Part shown: piece by piece, positions 40,071 to 55,881 of the stretch
How positions within the stretch are numbered: the stretch's first letter is position 1
Layout: every line of letters starts with the position of its first letter
Assembly (NCBI GenBank): GCA_951406725.2
Contig: OX597820.1
Span: 83,266,001-83,330,000, forward strand
Source: Octopus vulgaris
Lineage: Eukaryota
Reading direction: 5' to 3'
Length of the DNA: 64,000 bases
The notes under the pieces: model-generated
What the model was told of the DNA's origin: nothing
Database searches by the model: none
The model's input: only the letters and a program-made list of their open reading frames with translations
Translations under genes and position numbers: made by a program

Positions 40071-40774
40071 GAGTTTTTTTAGCTATGCATTTTTACTTTA
40101 AAAGTTTTTAATTGTATTTTTTCAATGAACATCATAATAAAGTGAATAATTCGAAAATAAAATGAGGAAAGAGAAATAAGTTTGCAACTCGTTTGCGTTT
40201 GAATGAATCAGGGAAGATGTATTGGCTGAAGAAGTCACAATATTTCCAATAGATTATACTTTTTTGCCTAAGGCAGATAACCAAAACAAAGGCGTAGCTG
40301 TAATTTTCACATTATTTCCGCACAATTGAAAATAAATTTAACAAAATCATTAATTTACAAGCTAATGGGAATATCTGATATTAGTTTACAAGCAAAGTGT
40401 CTACTGCGGATATCCTCTTCAGCAAATGATATATCAAGCTGAGCCTAAGTCGATAAGGGTTTATACCAGGCATGGTCGTAAAGCGGGCCGCCTGAGAATT
40501 AGCTCAGCGTAGGCGGACAGCATCACTAAAAATTTGGAAGTAATTCTTCGTTATGTGTGACATTCAAAATGTCGATCGGGTGGCATTTTGCTCGTGATTT
40601 ATGCATATGCATTCAAAATAAAAGTTAAGGAGTGACAAAAAGGCAGTATTGTGAAGGTGTGGTAGAATTGTTGAGTCACACATAATACTGTTTCATAATT
40701 GTTGGCCTTGGAGAATACAAATATCAAAAACGAAACTTCTACAATATGAGCAACGACAAAGATTAAACAATTCT

Positions 40775-40986
40775 TATTTCTTTATTGCACACAAGGGACT
40801 AAACATGGAGGCGACAAACAAGGACAGACAAAGGGATTAAGTCGATTACATCGACCCCAGTGCGTAACTGGTACTTAATTTATCGACCCCGAAAGAATGA
40901 AAGGCAAAGTCGACCTCGGCGGAGTTTGAACTCAGAACGTAACGGCAGACGAAATACCGCTAAGTTTCTGCTAACGTTTCTGCCAT
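40775..40986 (-). mobile_element. Meta-domain SINE, young copy
   Basis: Closely similar to 16258-16486, with a short internal deletion. Confidence 0.9.
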
Positions 40987-42484
40987 AAAGACTAACAATT
41001 CTGTTATTCTTCCTGTTATAAATAGCAGTAACAATGCTCTCATTTCGAAGAATGGTATTATAAAAAGAGTAAGCAAGCAATACACAATAGTTGATGTTGA
41101 TACTGAAATGAAGATGGCAGAGTCGCAGCTACAATGGATTTGTTCTGTATAAATGTACATCATAGGCCACTCGATCAATACAGCTTCGGATTTAAGATCA
41201 GAGACGAGTATAGAAATTGTAAAAACAAGAAGGACAACGACAAAAAGAAAGGAACGGCTACTAAATTATAGAAGAAACTGACCTCGACACCGCATGACAA
41301 GTTATCAGGTAAAACCGCACTTTCGCAGAGTTTCTCACGCTTAAAATACTTTCAGAATAAATACCCAAGCATAATGTTAGAACTTGGGGAGAAATCTATT
41401 CTAAAATTACTACCACGTTCCTTTGTCGAATAGTGGAATACGATATAAAAATACATAAATTCTTATATAGAAAACTATTATATATTGGAGTGTGCATGTG
41501 TGTCTGTAAGTGTCTGTGCGTATATATGCTTCTACGTGTTTACATATATCAATATACCTGTACTGATATACACATACATCGATCATTGACTATATATGCA
41601 TTTCACTACAGTCTGTCCGAACGTCTTTCAATATTCTACGCCAATTCGCGTTTCCATGGCTACATGTCGATAAACACACACAAACTTTTAAACAGGCACA
41701 CACATTTTCGCAACGTACTATACTAAGCGTTATAGAGTTTGTACAATATATTAAGCTTTTATCTAAGATTGGAAGTGAACGCAACTTTTACAGTCGCCTT
41801 TCTGGTGAGAGGTCAACCGAGTTAATAATTCGTTTGTGCTTACTTTAAGGATAAAAGATTTTGCTTGCCAAAAATCTTAACTCAGTTAATCTCCACTCAA
41901 GAGCCTTCTTCAATTCATTTGCATCCAAAGTAATATATTTTCTATTTAAGGTCAACTATACAGGAGGTCAAACATACACGCTGATATGTAGTCTTGCTTT
42001 TACATTTCGAGATGTTTGGTGTATATGTGTGTGTGTGAGTTTATGTACGTACATGCGTGTTTGTATTTGTGTATTTGTGTATATGCGAGAATGCGTGTAT
42101 TACTTTTAAAATTGTTATTCTTCCATTTTCTTTTTATCGCTCTATGGGATTCATTGTTTGGTGGTCTGCCTGAGAAAGAGATACTCGAGAGACGGCATTT
42201 GGGAGCATTCAAATGTTGGTATTTGCCATACACACTTGCGTACATGCATGGAAACGTATATACATACATGTGTGTGACTGTGTATAGGTTTGGTGCATGC
42301 ATGCATATGTGTGTGCACATATTTATGTATATGGATATAAAAAGTTATGCCAGTGTGTGTAACGTATATGTTTGATAATGGTGATTGTGGGGGTGGCGTT
42401 GGTGTCTGTGTGTGTGTCAGTTGAATTGTCTCGGTGAAGAAATTCTTTCGCAAATAACGACATTAATTTCCTCCGTTCTTTCAG

Positions 42485-42490
42485 GATCGT
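42485..42490 (+). other. Candidate 6-nt microexon
   Basis: cattaat-ttcctccgttctttcAG|GATCGT|GTAAGC in a non-repetitive island. Confidence 0.25.
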
Positions 42491-42791
42491 GTAAGCGATG
42501 TCAAATGTGACATCGCTTGGAAACTGTTTTACCAAACCATTCTATAACCGGTTTAGTGTGCTTCCTTGCACGTCGCTTTGTGTGATGGCACAGATGACAG
42601 CAGAGAAGAAAAGAGGAAGCAAGATTGAAATGCGTATGCATATGTTCTTAGCCCAATACATACTAATATACATACGTACATATAGACATATATGCATGCA
42701 TTCATTCATTCATACGCGTTTACATGCAGAACAAACCGTATACATACATACTCAGACAATATATATAAATATATATACATTTATGTATATA

Positions 42792-42830
<39 letters not shown>

Positions 42831-42909
42831 GTATATATTCTTACGCCTACAAAAGGAAATATATAAAAAGAAGAGAAATAAGAATATATGCATGCATAAA
42901 TACACGTCC

Positions 42910-43004
<95 letters not shown>

Positions 43005-43485
43005 CACACACGCACACAGACACATATGCACATGTGAACATATGTATAAGTTACCATAGTTGTCCATGTGTGTGTGTGAGTGACTTGTTTGTGTTATAGA
43101 GATTGCAGGCGTTTGTGTGCTTGTGGGGTTGATGAATAAAGGTATATTGAACATCAATTCCTATAGAAGTGAGTATATGTTGTAAAAATGAAAGACAATA
43201 GGAAAAAAGCAGGAAATCAGTCAGGAAAGAGGAAAATAGTGTATGAAAAGAAAAAGAAAATGTAAGATGAGGAATAGATCGCTGGGAAACGCTGCAGATA
43301 ACAAATAGAGAGAGAGTAAAGGAAAGTAGGGGAAGATGGATGACAAAAGAGAAAATATTATTAAACACATCACATATAAGGCAACAGGAAAGTGAATGCC
43401 TGAGAAGGAGGAATAGGACATGGTGTGTGTCTGTCCTTGAGTGCGTATATGCGTATGCGTATGTGTGTGTGTGTATGTATGTATG

Positions 43486-43544
<59 letters not shown>

Positions 43545-43546
43545 GA

Positions 43547-43579
<33 letters not shown>

Positions 43580-45316
43580 ACATATACACAGGCACGCATA
43601 TGTACCTGTATAAATACACGCACATAAAAATTCTCACGACGCCCACATAACCATACGTAGAAACAAAACACACAAAAACACACGCCTTTATACATGTATA
43701 AATATCCATGCATGCATACATATAGAGTTATCTGTTTATATGTCGTCAAGAAAAAGCGAAAAGAAAAACAGAAGTGCGCAGGAAGCAAAGATGGAGGAAG
43801 TGAAAATTGAATACGAGAGGTATCATAGTAAAAATTCGTGTAAAGTTTAAAAATCTTGACATGGTAACATTATTGAGATTGAAATACGGAATTTGTATTA
43901 ATAGTCGCATGGTAACGAAACTATATATGGATAATCACTATCCAATCAAAATACATCAATGTTCACTTGAATGGTTGCTGAAAACGAATTGAATACATCA
44001 ATAAGTGATCTAGATGATAACACTAGTACGAACTGAAATCAAATAGTAGGTCTCTACGTGCTCAGTTGGTTTGCTAGATATAGCCAAGGGCAAAACTTAA
44101 TTTTTCACAACTAGCCCTTTTTAAAAATAATGATTATGCGATGGCTACGAGTAAAAAAAAAATTGTGATCGAGAGACATATAACTGAAGCCTAAGTAATT
44201 AAAGCCGACTTCATTATCACACACTTGTGGCTGAAAATCAACAAGCGTTTACACTATTTACAGTGACATGAGAGAAATGAAACATGATAGAATTGAAATT
44301 ATCGTCAATCGTTCCAAATTTTCTGTGATACAAATTATTCGCGACAGAAACACTAGTAAAATCAAAAGCTTTTGATAAAAATTGGCAATTACTCGGAACA
44401 CACGTGAGTCTTCCCTTAATGTCCCTTGGCAGTTATTCCTTCTTTCGAGTAGCTTTTCTCTATTTTTGCATGTTGAATATTTTTGCATTCTGTTTTATAA
44501 ACTTACATGATTCTACCACTCCATTTTGATCTGTCCGAATCAAACACTTCCGAATCTTGATAAAAAATCTTCAAAGCCTGAGGTTTACCTTTATGAAATA
44601 TTTATTCTTTCCCAGGATTCATGTCCTGGGCGCTATTTAGTGTTAATTTGCCATTAAGAAATTGCTTATGAATCTTGTATCATCTATTCTAATTAAATGA
44701 TACTTTCAAATATTGATATCTCTTCAATGCTGGGAATAATCTTTTCTACCAGCTTATGTTTAGGAGGTGCCTTGAACAGTTTTGGTGGGGCCTTTCAAGT
44801 GTATACAGAAAATACAGGGAGTTAGGTGGGTGGGGGGCAAATCTGCCTAATGTCTAATGAAACATCTCTCAGTCTCTGAGAACAACAGAACCAGAGCCCT
44901 AAAGGGGCAATAGCAGGGACAGCAGAGAGGTATTCCAGCTGGATCGGATCGAGCAACAAACCCGACCTCCATACTGTTTGAAGGCAACATTTTCCCTTTT
45001 TAAATATGAGAGAAGTTAATCTGAGTGTATGATTGTGGTACCGTTGGCGGTTCACCGCTACCATGACAACCATCATTATTTCTATATCTGTATAATTTCC
45101 TAAACTGAGTCAACGGACGAGAGTTTGTACTAGACAAAATCGAAAAACAGCATACATGCAATAGCAACGTGGCAGAAATGTACCAGCAGAAGGGTATCTA
45201 TGTATCATACACTGGATGCGGCCCGCCCACATAGAGTTTAAGAAGTTAAGGATCAAAGCACTTCCCTGGGCGAAGTAATATTTCTCAGAAGAACCATCTC
45301 TTCATCTCTCTTGAGG

Positions 45317-46611
<1,295 letters not shown>

Positions 46612-46689
46612 ATATATATATACACATATATATATATGTATATATATGCATATATAAATGTATATATATATATATGTATGTATATATAT

Positions 46690-47100
46690 ATGCTCGTCTC
46701 CTTCTAGTACTTGGTTAACAGGATAGTGCTCACTGAGCTCGTCGGAAACAAACTTTGCATACATTTTATGCCTGTTCAGATCTTCATAAATACTTATGTG
46801 TACTGTTGGCATATCTAACCTAAACACTATTCGTGTTGCCACTATAGACACGCGGTGATCCTCCAGTAAATTGAGACTTTCCTCAACCAATTCTGATTTT
46901 CTAACATATCACTCCCTCCCACAAATCTCGTCGTTTGACACCAATTCTCTACCAACCTTAATTCGTTTGTGCCAACAAAAAACAAAAAATATTCATAAGC
47001 AGTCTGCAGGATTCCAAATGCTTCACTAGCGTTCTTGTGCAATTTAACACGAAACTTTATTGCGTAGCATATTCCACACAGTCTCAAATGCTTTCTATAC
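46690..47100 (-). pseudogene. Mariner transposase N-terminal remnant
   Basis: YAIKFRVKLHKNASEAFGILQTAY; [26 protein letters not shown]. Confidence 0.8.
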
Positions 47101-47383
47101 AGTAGTAAGCTGTGGTAATTATTATTAGTAGTGTGTGTTCAAAGAGTTCTTACAGTTGTCTCCTTCAATCTAGAATAGCAAAATTTGAAAGGTGAAATTT
47201 TACCATGTATAATAATGATATATAAAAATTACAATAATGTTGGACAGATATATACATATATCTGTTTAACGCAGGTGTAATTCAAATACTTTTACTTCCG
47301 ACACATGTTTCGAAGATATCACTGATATCTAACACTAACCCTAACCCTAGTTAACAAGGGAAAATGCATACACGCACATACAC

Positions 47384-47414
<31 letters not shown>

Positions 47415-48899
47415 TATGTATGTATGTATGTATTTATGTATGTATGTAGGGAGGTATAGAGAGAGAGAAGAGAAAGAAACAGAGAAAGGGAGAGAGAGAA
47501 AGAGATGCAACAGTAATTAGGAAAGATAATATGTATGTTTAAATAGATTTGTGGCATACTTCAACTTCTTAAGACAATTTCACTGTGGTTTACCTTTAAG
47601 GAAATTTTCTCCCTTATGGTAAAAGTCGTAAACTCATAATTTTGAGCTGAAACAGCTCCTTGTGGAGCGCTAAACAAGTATTTCATGATACTTTGCCTTT
47701 TCGGTTGCAGGTACCAAAGAGAGGTTACCCTTAGCTTTCTATGACGTGTAATAGAGGACAACTGATTAAATTCATAATTAGCGTGAATCATTAATGGGAA
47801 TAATGAAACGTTTGGTTCGTGATATATATCAACTTCTAAATGCAATTTCACTGCAGTTTAAACATGTTAGACCAGGGTCGTCTCATTTGGTTGTGCTACT
47901 GAAGAAGGGCGATGCATGAAATACGCATTTAGAGTTCCACACAGGGTGTTCTGATCTGATAATTGAGTGTTTAAACCTTTTACCATAAGTGAGAAAATTA
48001 CTCGGCGGTAAACTGCATTTTAATTCTCTTTAGAAGCTGAAACATGTCATAAGCATGTTTGAACACCCTTAAAATTTATATATACAATTAACGATTGAAT
48101 GGTGAGGTCGTGTTATGGAATGCGGTTTAAGTTCTGATATTATTATGTCTTCCGTTAAATGAAATCAGGAGAGATATCAATAAACAAATGCAAAGGCAAG
48201 TTACAGTTGACCGTACTGACACATTTATTACTGTCGCTAAAATTAGATATAGCAAACTTGTAGGACATTAATAATTGTCAATATATTGTATATTGAAATG
48301 CCCATAAACATAAAGGTAAAGAGGTTAGAAAAGCCTGCTGATAGCAGAGAAAATTCTGGTTACAATTCTGTTTAAAATGTTGGTAGGACAAGAACCATAT
48401 ACTTCACGATTTTGGTTATAGGTATGTTCAAAATGCTGGAGAGACGCGAAGCATAGCGTTAAGGATTCCACTTACAATGCTGCTCAAAATTTTGAAGCTG
48501 CAAAGTGGAAAAAAAACTGCTCTCACGTTAAAGATCTCAAACCGTTCGTAGCCAAAACTCAGCTCCCTATGTTTAACAGACAAATTCCTCCCATTTTGTA
48601 GTTGATGTACAGACACTAAGCTAATCCATCACGTTAAGGGGTGAGACGGTCAGAGGAAAGCTACATTAGCTTGATCAACACGTGGTGAATCAAAATAGGT
48701 AGCTAAGAGTAAATATGCAGCCTGTAAGTAGCTGACCTTCAAGAGAGATCGTGCTTCTCCTATAGACACACGCACGCACGCATGCCCGCACACACGCACG
48801 CACGCACACACACATACACACACAAACACTTAAACATACATATACATATATACGTATATACATAATTACATGTCCGCTCAGGCAACACACGTACTTGCA

Positions 48900-48929
<30 letters not shown>

Positions 48930-48934
<5 letters not shown>

Positions 48935-49270
48935 AATATTAGGGAATAAATCCAAATTTACAGGGAAAAATCAGATTTAGGATTGAATCCAATTTTATAG
49001 TAAAATATTATATAATATTAATTAGAGACAAAACCACTATTTTGCAAATCAAACAAGGAAAGATTTCATATCTTCTATTCAATTTTAAAGATTCACTTCA
49101 TAACTTTAAAATTGAATAGAAGATATGAAATCCACCTGATGAATGTCATTTGAAGACAGGAAACAATTGTAGTGGCGATTTATTTACTTTATATTAAAAT
49201 TTCTTAATGTATTGATTAAGTCTTTCTTTGTTTGATTTGCAAAATAGTGGTTTTGTCTCTAATTAATTTT
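48930..49270 (+). mobile_element. Short non-coding fold-back element with nested inverted repeats and a hammerhead, in (TA)n
   Basis: Outer arms 49017-49063 / 49221-49267; inner perfect 29-bp arms 49062-49090 / 49104-49132. Confidence 0.75.
49128..49180 (+). ncRNA. Type I hammerhead ribozyme with complete core
   Basis: ccac-CTGATGA(49136-42)-a tgtc atttgaa gaca g-GAAA-CAATTG-TA^gtgg; palindromic stem III ACAATTGT; GUA site after 49171. Confidence 0.82.
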
Positions 49271-49341
49271 ATATACATATATATATATATATATATAAAG
49301 AGAGAGAGAGATACATACATATATATACATGTAAATATACA

Positions 49342-49372
<31 letters not shown>

Positions 49373-49598
49373 TTATACATATACATATACGTATATACAT
49401 AATTACATGCGTATACGTTCATGTCCGCTCACACAACACAAACAGATTATTGCATGATTGTATATATATATATATATATAAATGTCTTATAAATGTCTTA
49501 CTTTGAAAAATTGCATTCGGTTGGATTAGTAAAATTTTTGGTAGAAATGACTAATTTTGTCCCTCTTAGCGTGTGGCATGTATGTATAATAATGCCCC

Positions 49599-49683
<85 letters not shown>

Positions 49684-49774
49684 TATATAATGCCCACTCT
49701 CTGTCCCTGAACTTATAAATATATATATTTCGATTTATTGATCCTTCGCAAAGTACACTATCTAGACTCTTTCT

Positions 49775-50240
49775 TTCACATTTGAGATGGCGAGAATCAT
49801 GATATCCCTTGTAAGAATGAACAAGCCGAACTCATATAAGTAGCAGCATACTTCACTGAGATAAAGACAGGAGACATCACAGGGAGTCGAAATGTGTCAT
49901 GCGTGAGTTTGTGGAGTTTCAGTAATTTGTTGAGAAGTTGTTAGAGTTCGTTGAGAGTTGTTTTGGATTGGTTACAGTTGTTGGCAGAGTATTTGGGAAG
50001 ACATTTATTGGAGACAGTGTGTGCCTACCCCTTTCCGTGGTTCTATATATCACACTGTATTAGTGCACAACACTAAGGTGACGTAAACGGAAATCACCTT
50101 ATAAAATTGGTGATGAGTTGACTCGAAGCTTACATTGGTCATTAACAATTTTTTATGATAACAAAAATTCTTTAATTATGGAAGCAAATACAGCAAGAGC
50201 TGCAGCAGGAGTAGCACCAACAACCACTACACAATATCTC
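49775..50240 (+). mobile_element. Possible LTR + PBS + gag-start remnant (Gypsy-like)
   Basis: TATA-like tataagtag, GTT-rich tract, TGGTGATGAG PBS-like motif at 50108, then ATG and Gln-codon-rich sequence at ~50178; no partner LTR. Confidence 0.3.
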
Positions 50241-51488
50241 AGCCATGTCGGCCTTCTTAGAGTATCATGTGATCCTTCTTTTTAGGCATCACGTGACACT
50301 AATGCGCAGATGTAAGCGTGTATGTTTAAACTTGTCCACATACATGGATGTATATGTATGGATGTAACCACTTGGATTTGTGTGGATGTGTATTTACGTA
50401 CTTATTTCTATATATTTATAGTTGTGTTCTTATATGTGTATTTAATACTAATATACACTTTTATATATACATTTATACGTAATTTTATTTTGTGTACGTT
50501 CGTTACACATATTCAGCCTCCTATCTTTCTTTCTTTCTTTCCTTCCTTGCGAAAAAGTACCCCTGCCCCTATTCATTACTTCTATAGCATCCTTTAACTT
50601 TGCGCGACTTCCCCTTCTCTTACTCACCGCTAACTGTTACATAGATGATCCTTCCCTTTTCTTTTTTTCACCTCTCTGCGTTTTAGGTCTCGTCTATAAG
50701 TATACACAAAGTGATGTTTTGCATACGGGCATGATTGCGTACATATGTATACATATGTACATGTGTATTTGTGCGTATATTTACGCCGTGCATATATATG
50801 TCTGCATATGTGTATAGTCTGTGTATATCCATCTCTGTATATTGATGTGTATATTTATATTGATAACTAAATATGCGTATATACTGTTGTAAATTATTTA
50901 CGTAATGCAGTGTGAAAATTTTAATTTTAATTAAAAATTTTAATGTATTAATTGCATTAATCGAATTATATTTCGTATCTAATTATTGCCAATACGTATT
51001 TTGAATCCGCTCTTGGATTTAAGGTTTTTCCTCGATTTTTATAATAGGATGAATTAATATTGAATTCATTTATTTTGTTTATTTTGTTTATTGCATGCTT
51101 AAGACCGACATTTGAAAGGAACAAAGAAACAGACCCATATTTAAAGGTGCATCCTTTCAATAGTTTTGGTCATATCGTTATTTCTGTTCTATTTTAACAA
51201 AACTGTCCCACGACGCGAACGTGGAACTCTGAGTAACTGCTTCTGCTATATTTCTGCTGCTTTTAAATAAAGTGTGTATGTACATATATATATCATATTT
51301 GTACTGTTTGCATATGGAACAAAAATATGCTATTTGACTACATCTAATAACGCTTGAAGTTGCATAGTCATTGTTCTTTATATCTTCTTTATCATTTTGT
51401 ATGATTTATGTATGTCATCTGTTATTGACTCAATCGTAAACGAAGAATTGTTGTGATATTTGATTCCATATATTTGATATATGAGTGC

Positions 51489-51528
<40 letters not shown>

Positions 51529-52196
51529 TTATATATTTACAAATATATATATACATATATATACATACATATGAATATGTATATATGAGTGTGTGTGTAT
51601 ATATGTATATATATATAAAAGTCTGTATATATATGTGTTTGTGTGTGTATGTGTGTGTGTGTGTGTGCGTGTGTATGCTTATATATGTATATATACTTAT
51701 TTATACAGTGAGACAGAGAGGAAAATAAACATAGACAGGCACTGGAAATAAAATATTTCGACGTAACTATACTTAGGACAATAAACACTAAATTTTCATG
51801 AATTTTTAATAAGGTCAGTTGTTGAGAATGACAAATTTTTATCTGAATGATTAATACGGAAAACATTTAAACGAAGCACAGAATGTCAGATGAAACAAAT
51901 ATAATTCGAAATTATTTATTAGCCCATGATCAGGAATATGTTTCTGCTGACTGAATTTAGAGACCGTCATCATCAACTATCTTGCAGAGAATGAGAATCT
52001 GAATAGTTACTAACCACCACAGTCAAGAAGAATGCGATTTTCGATAGCCTAGCGTTATAAAAAATGAAACACAAAGTAAACGATTCCAGCGATGAACTGA
52101 TCGCTAATTTTAAAACATTATTTATACAGTTATACGTTGCGAAGTATAACTCCGGCATACAAAGAAATGATGATTATATGATAATAAGAACGATGA

Positions 52197-52197
<1 letters not shown>

Positions 52198-52279
<82 letters not shown>

Positions 52280-52319
52280 ATACTATACTGCTGCTGCTGC
52301 TGCCACTACTACTAATACA

Positions 52320-52396
<77 letters not shown>
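52198..52396. repeat. Compound (CTA)n-(CTG)n-(AAT)n microsatellite
   Basis: Directly visible. Confidence 0.95.
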
Positions 52397-52398
<2 letters not shown>

Positions 52399-52589
52399 GG
52401 AAATAGTACTAATAATAAAAACAGTGGTAGTGGTGGTGATGCTGATAATGATAAAATAGAGATAATGATAATATACTGCAGCTGCTAATACTACAAATAC
52501 TACAACTACTACTATTCTGATAGCACAGGAATCTGAGGCCCAAACAATAATACAAGTGATATCAGTGATAAAAATAATAATAATGAAAG

Positions 52590-54885
52590 GAGCAGGTAGA
52601 GTCTCCCCATGTCCTAATTAATGATACATCTAGTGATGGTGTCACAATAAAATAAAAACACTGGTAATTGCGCAACCTGGTAATCGCTACCTCATATGCG
52701 TGACAATGAATGGACAAAATGTTGTGAATAACGGTGGTAATGGAAGTGGAGCCATTGATAGTGACATAGTTCCACCCGGCAGGCTCAGAGATTCTGATCC
52801 GGCTTCAGCCTGTCGAATTCTAGAAAGAGACCACCACACACGGCATTGATGGAGGAAGCAAATTAATGCAGTGGTCATGGAGCGTTACTAACTGAGCAAC
52901 CCGCTAGATGAAAATGGTGCTCAATTTAGGTGTTACCGACAACGTATGTATGATCATTGGAGGGAAGAAGGATAGTTTCAACTATTGCTAGGGCAATAAG
53001 AAAAAAATCTTTTGTTCACAGACGTAGAGCTCGAAGCTATCAAAAGACGGATCTCGGAAAATAGCAGCAAAAATAACGATGAAAATACAGTTCTAATAAA
53101 AGTAATCTCAATGCACAGGAAAGAATCAGTGGTAGATTACTTGATGAGAGACATAAAGATGATCTAAAAGAAGACAAAAGACTAATGGCGATATGACAGG
53201 TAAACAAAAGGCAATCTACGACAAATGTCAATGATATTCTGAAATACATCAGAACAAACAACATCACAAAAACAAATAATTTGATCAAGGTAGCAGTATT
53301 GCTTTAGCAGAAAATGTGATGTCAAGGAAAAAGAAATATAATGGGAGTGACAAAAGGTAAGAACCATGGTGGAAAAAAAGGCCGTGTTAGATATGCTCTC
53401 GAAGGAAATTTCTGTGTTAGACCGAAAAGAGAAAGGGGAGCTTAATAGCGAACAAAAATATAGGGCACTGAAAAGGAAGTATAATATTGAAAGAAACGGT
53501 CTGAAATTGGTAATGGAAGAAATGGAACAGCGCCTCGTTGCAAAGGAAGCGAAAATGTTAAAGTACGGCCAAAGAATTAAGGGTTACCACCAGAATAGAT
53601 TATTCAGAGTAGATCAGAAGAGATTCTATAAAGAAATAAATTGAGAGTGTACAGATGAAAAGTTGAAACCAGATAACAATGAAAGTCAACGGTTTTGGAG
53701 TGACATCTGAACCAAAGACAAGGAGCACAAGAAGGATGCTGAATGGTTGTAAGAACTGAAACAAACAGTAGTCTGTCCAAAACAGGCAGAACTAATCATT
53801 TCACTTAGGGAAGTCAAGGAAATCACCAAAAAGATGGGTCAAAAAAGTGACACAGACAGACTATATGTATCAAGAAAAAGAGGGGGGAGAAGACTTATTG
53901 GATATGAACACAGCGTTAGAGCAGAATAAAACAACATAGCATGGTATGTAAAGAATGCCACAGAACCGCTATTATTAGAAGTAGGATGAAAGATTGCGAA
54001 GATAAAGCAATATGCAAGAAATTGAAAATGGATGAAACTGAAAATAGATGGGTAAAGAAAAGAATGCATGGACAATTTCATATGGATATTGAAGATAAGA
54101 AAGACAGGGAAGGATATAGCTGTGAATGACTAAAAGTGATTTAAAACAGGAAACATAGGCTGTAATCTGTGTTTCCCAATAGCAAGCACTAAGAAAAAAC
54201 TATAAAATTCAGAATAAACAACACACCAGAAATTGATAAGTACAGAAAGTGTAGACAAAATGGTGAAACCGTATGGCATATTGCCAACCAATGCATGCCA
54301 CTAGCCCAGGAGGAATATACGGTGGCCACGACAATATAGCAAAGCTTGTCCACTGGACGTATTGCGACATGCATTGTCTTGACAGAGAAAAAAATTGGTA
54401 CGGCCACGATCTCGAAGGCATCATCGAAAATGATAATGCAAAGATCCTGTGGGGTCTTATGATTCAGTGCGACCATGAGATAGAAAATAGAATGCCAGAT
54501 AAAGTGTTAATTGAGAAAGGCAGCAAACTATGCTGGATCATAGATGTCGCATGCCCAGCTGACAACAAGATATGCGATAAGGAAGAAAGAAATGTCGATA
54601 GGTATGGCAGGTTAGCTTAGGAGGTTAAGCAGCTCTGGTCGATGAAAAAGGGGGTAGTGATGTCAATAATTGTCAGAGCCCTGGGAACAGTAAGTAAAAA
54701 TCTCGATAAGTACTGGAAACAAATAGGGGCTGCAATAAATGTGGACCAATTGCAGAAAACAGCATTGCTTGGAACCGCACGAATACTCCGGGAGATCCTC
54801 GAAAAATAGAGGTGTTACATTAATTCACAGGTAGTGAACAGCTGACACGGTAGTACATCTCCAGCGTTAGAAGATGTGCAAAGGC

Positions 54886-54886
<1 letters not shown>
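52590..54886 (+). pseudogene. R4/Dong-clade non-LTR retrotransposon with the RT core deleted, followed by (AAT)n
   Basis: YHQNRLFRVDQKRFYKEIN, FWSDI, KSDTDRLYVSRKRGGRRL, KRMHGQF, HDNIAKLVHW, KILW..IDVACP and LQKTALLGTARILR motifs. Confidence 0.92.
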
Positions 54887-54950
<64 letters not shown>

Positions 54951-54978
54951 TAATAATAATAATAACAATAACAATAAC

Positions 54979-55040
<62 letters not shown>

Positions 55041-55047
55041 TAATAAT
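54887..55047. repeat. (AAT)n tail/target of the R4/Dong element
   Basis: Directly visible. Confidence 0.95.
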
Positions 55048-55732
55048 TTAAAACCTTAATATCTACAATTTTGTGTGAAAAGTTCCCTTCTTTCCACCCT
55101 GACTACCGGGATATGTAAATATATCTTTTATCGCAGCAACACTATTAAATGCACCATAAAAAATTGAAGGTGGTAGGCACTTGCCAATATATACACAATG
55201 CGAAAGAAAAATTCCGAAGGAAAATTTGAAAAGTTCAAGAGTTCAACGAGATGAACAGTATATATATATAGTTATTTTTTCTATCGGTCATTGAAAATAG
55301 GTGAATTGGTTCTTTTCAAGGCCAAGTTCAGTGCTTTCATTGATCACTAGTAGCAGTGAACACATTTGTCTTCTGGTGACGTGAAGTGTGAGGCCACATT
55401 TGTCTTCTTATTGCACAGGAATGTTTCATTTATAATCACTTCACCATCTGCCGAATCTATTTACAGACCTGTTGAATTTAATCTATTCAACAAGTTGTTT
55501 CTCTTGCTCCTACTATTCCCTAAAGCACTCACATATTTATGATTAACTCAAGTACAAGACAAAATGTTGAAACTAAAGAATATTCCATAACACATTTTAA
55601 TAATAAATGTAAATAGTAATAAGGAGGATAATAATACTGATAATAATAATTATGATAATAATAATGATTTAGTCAAAACTCTTGTTGGATCAGAGGAAAT
55701 ATTAAAACTCACAAATAGTAAAGACATGAAAA

Positions 55733-55765
<33 letters not shown>

Positions 55766-55791
55766 TACTAGTAGTAGTAGTAGTGGTGGTG

Positions 55792-55881
<90 letters not shown>

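Noticed and set aside
44760-45080. Possible Tx1 ORF1 zinc-knuckle remnant (also 59330-59900 and 62600-63200)
   Set aside because: Too decayed to support by motif
47895-47935. cta-CTGAAGA..GAAA-tacgca-tt-tag
   Set aside because: Stem II does not pair and stem I is only 3 bp; compatible with chance
47941-48070. agggtgttc/gaacaccct inverted pair (MITE-like)
   Set aside because: Only 9 bp and no clear TA TSD
50108-50130. GTGATGAGttgaCTCGAAG hammerhead-like string
   Set aside because: C3 and A15.1 are wrong; better explained as a PBS-like site
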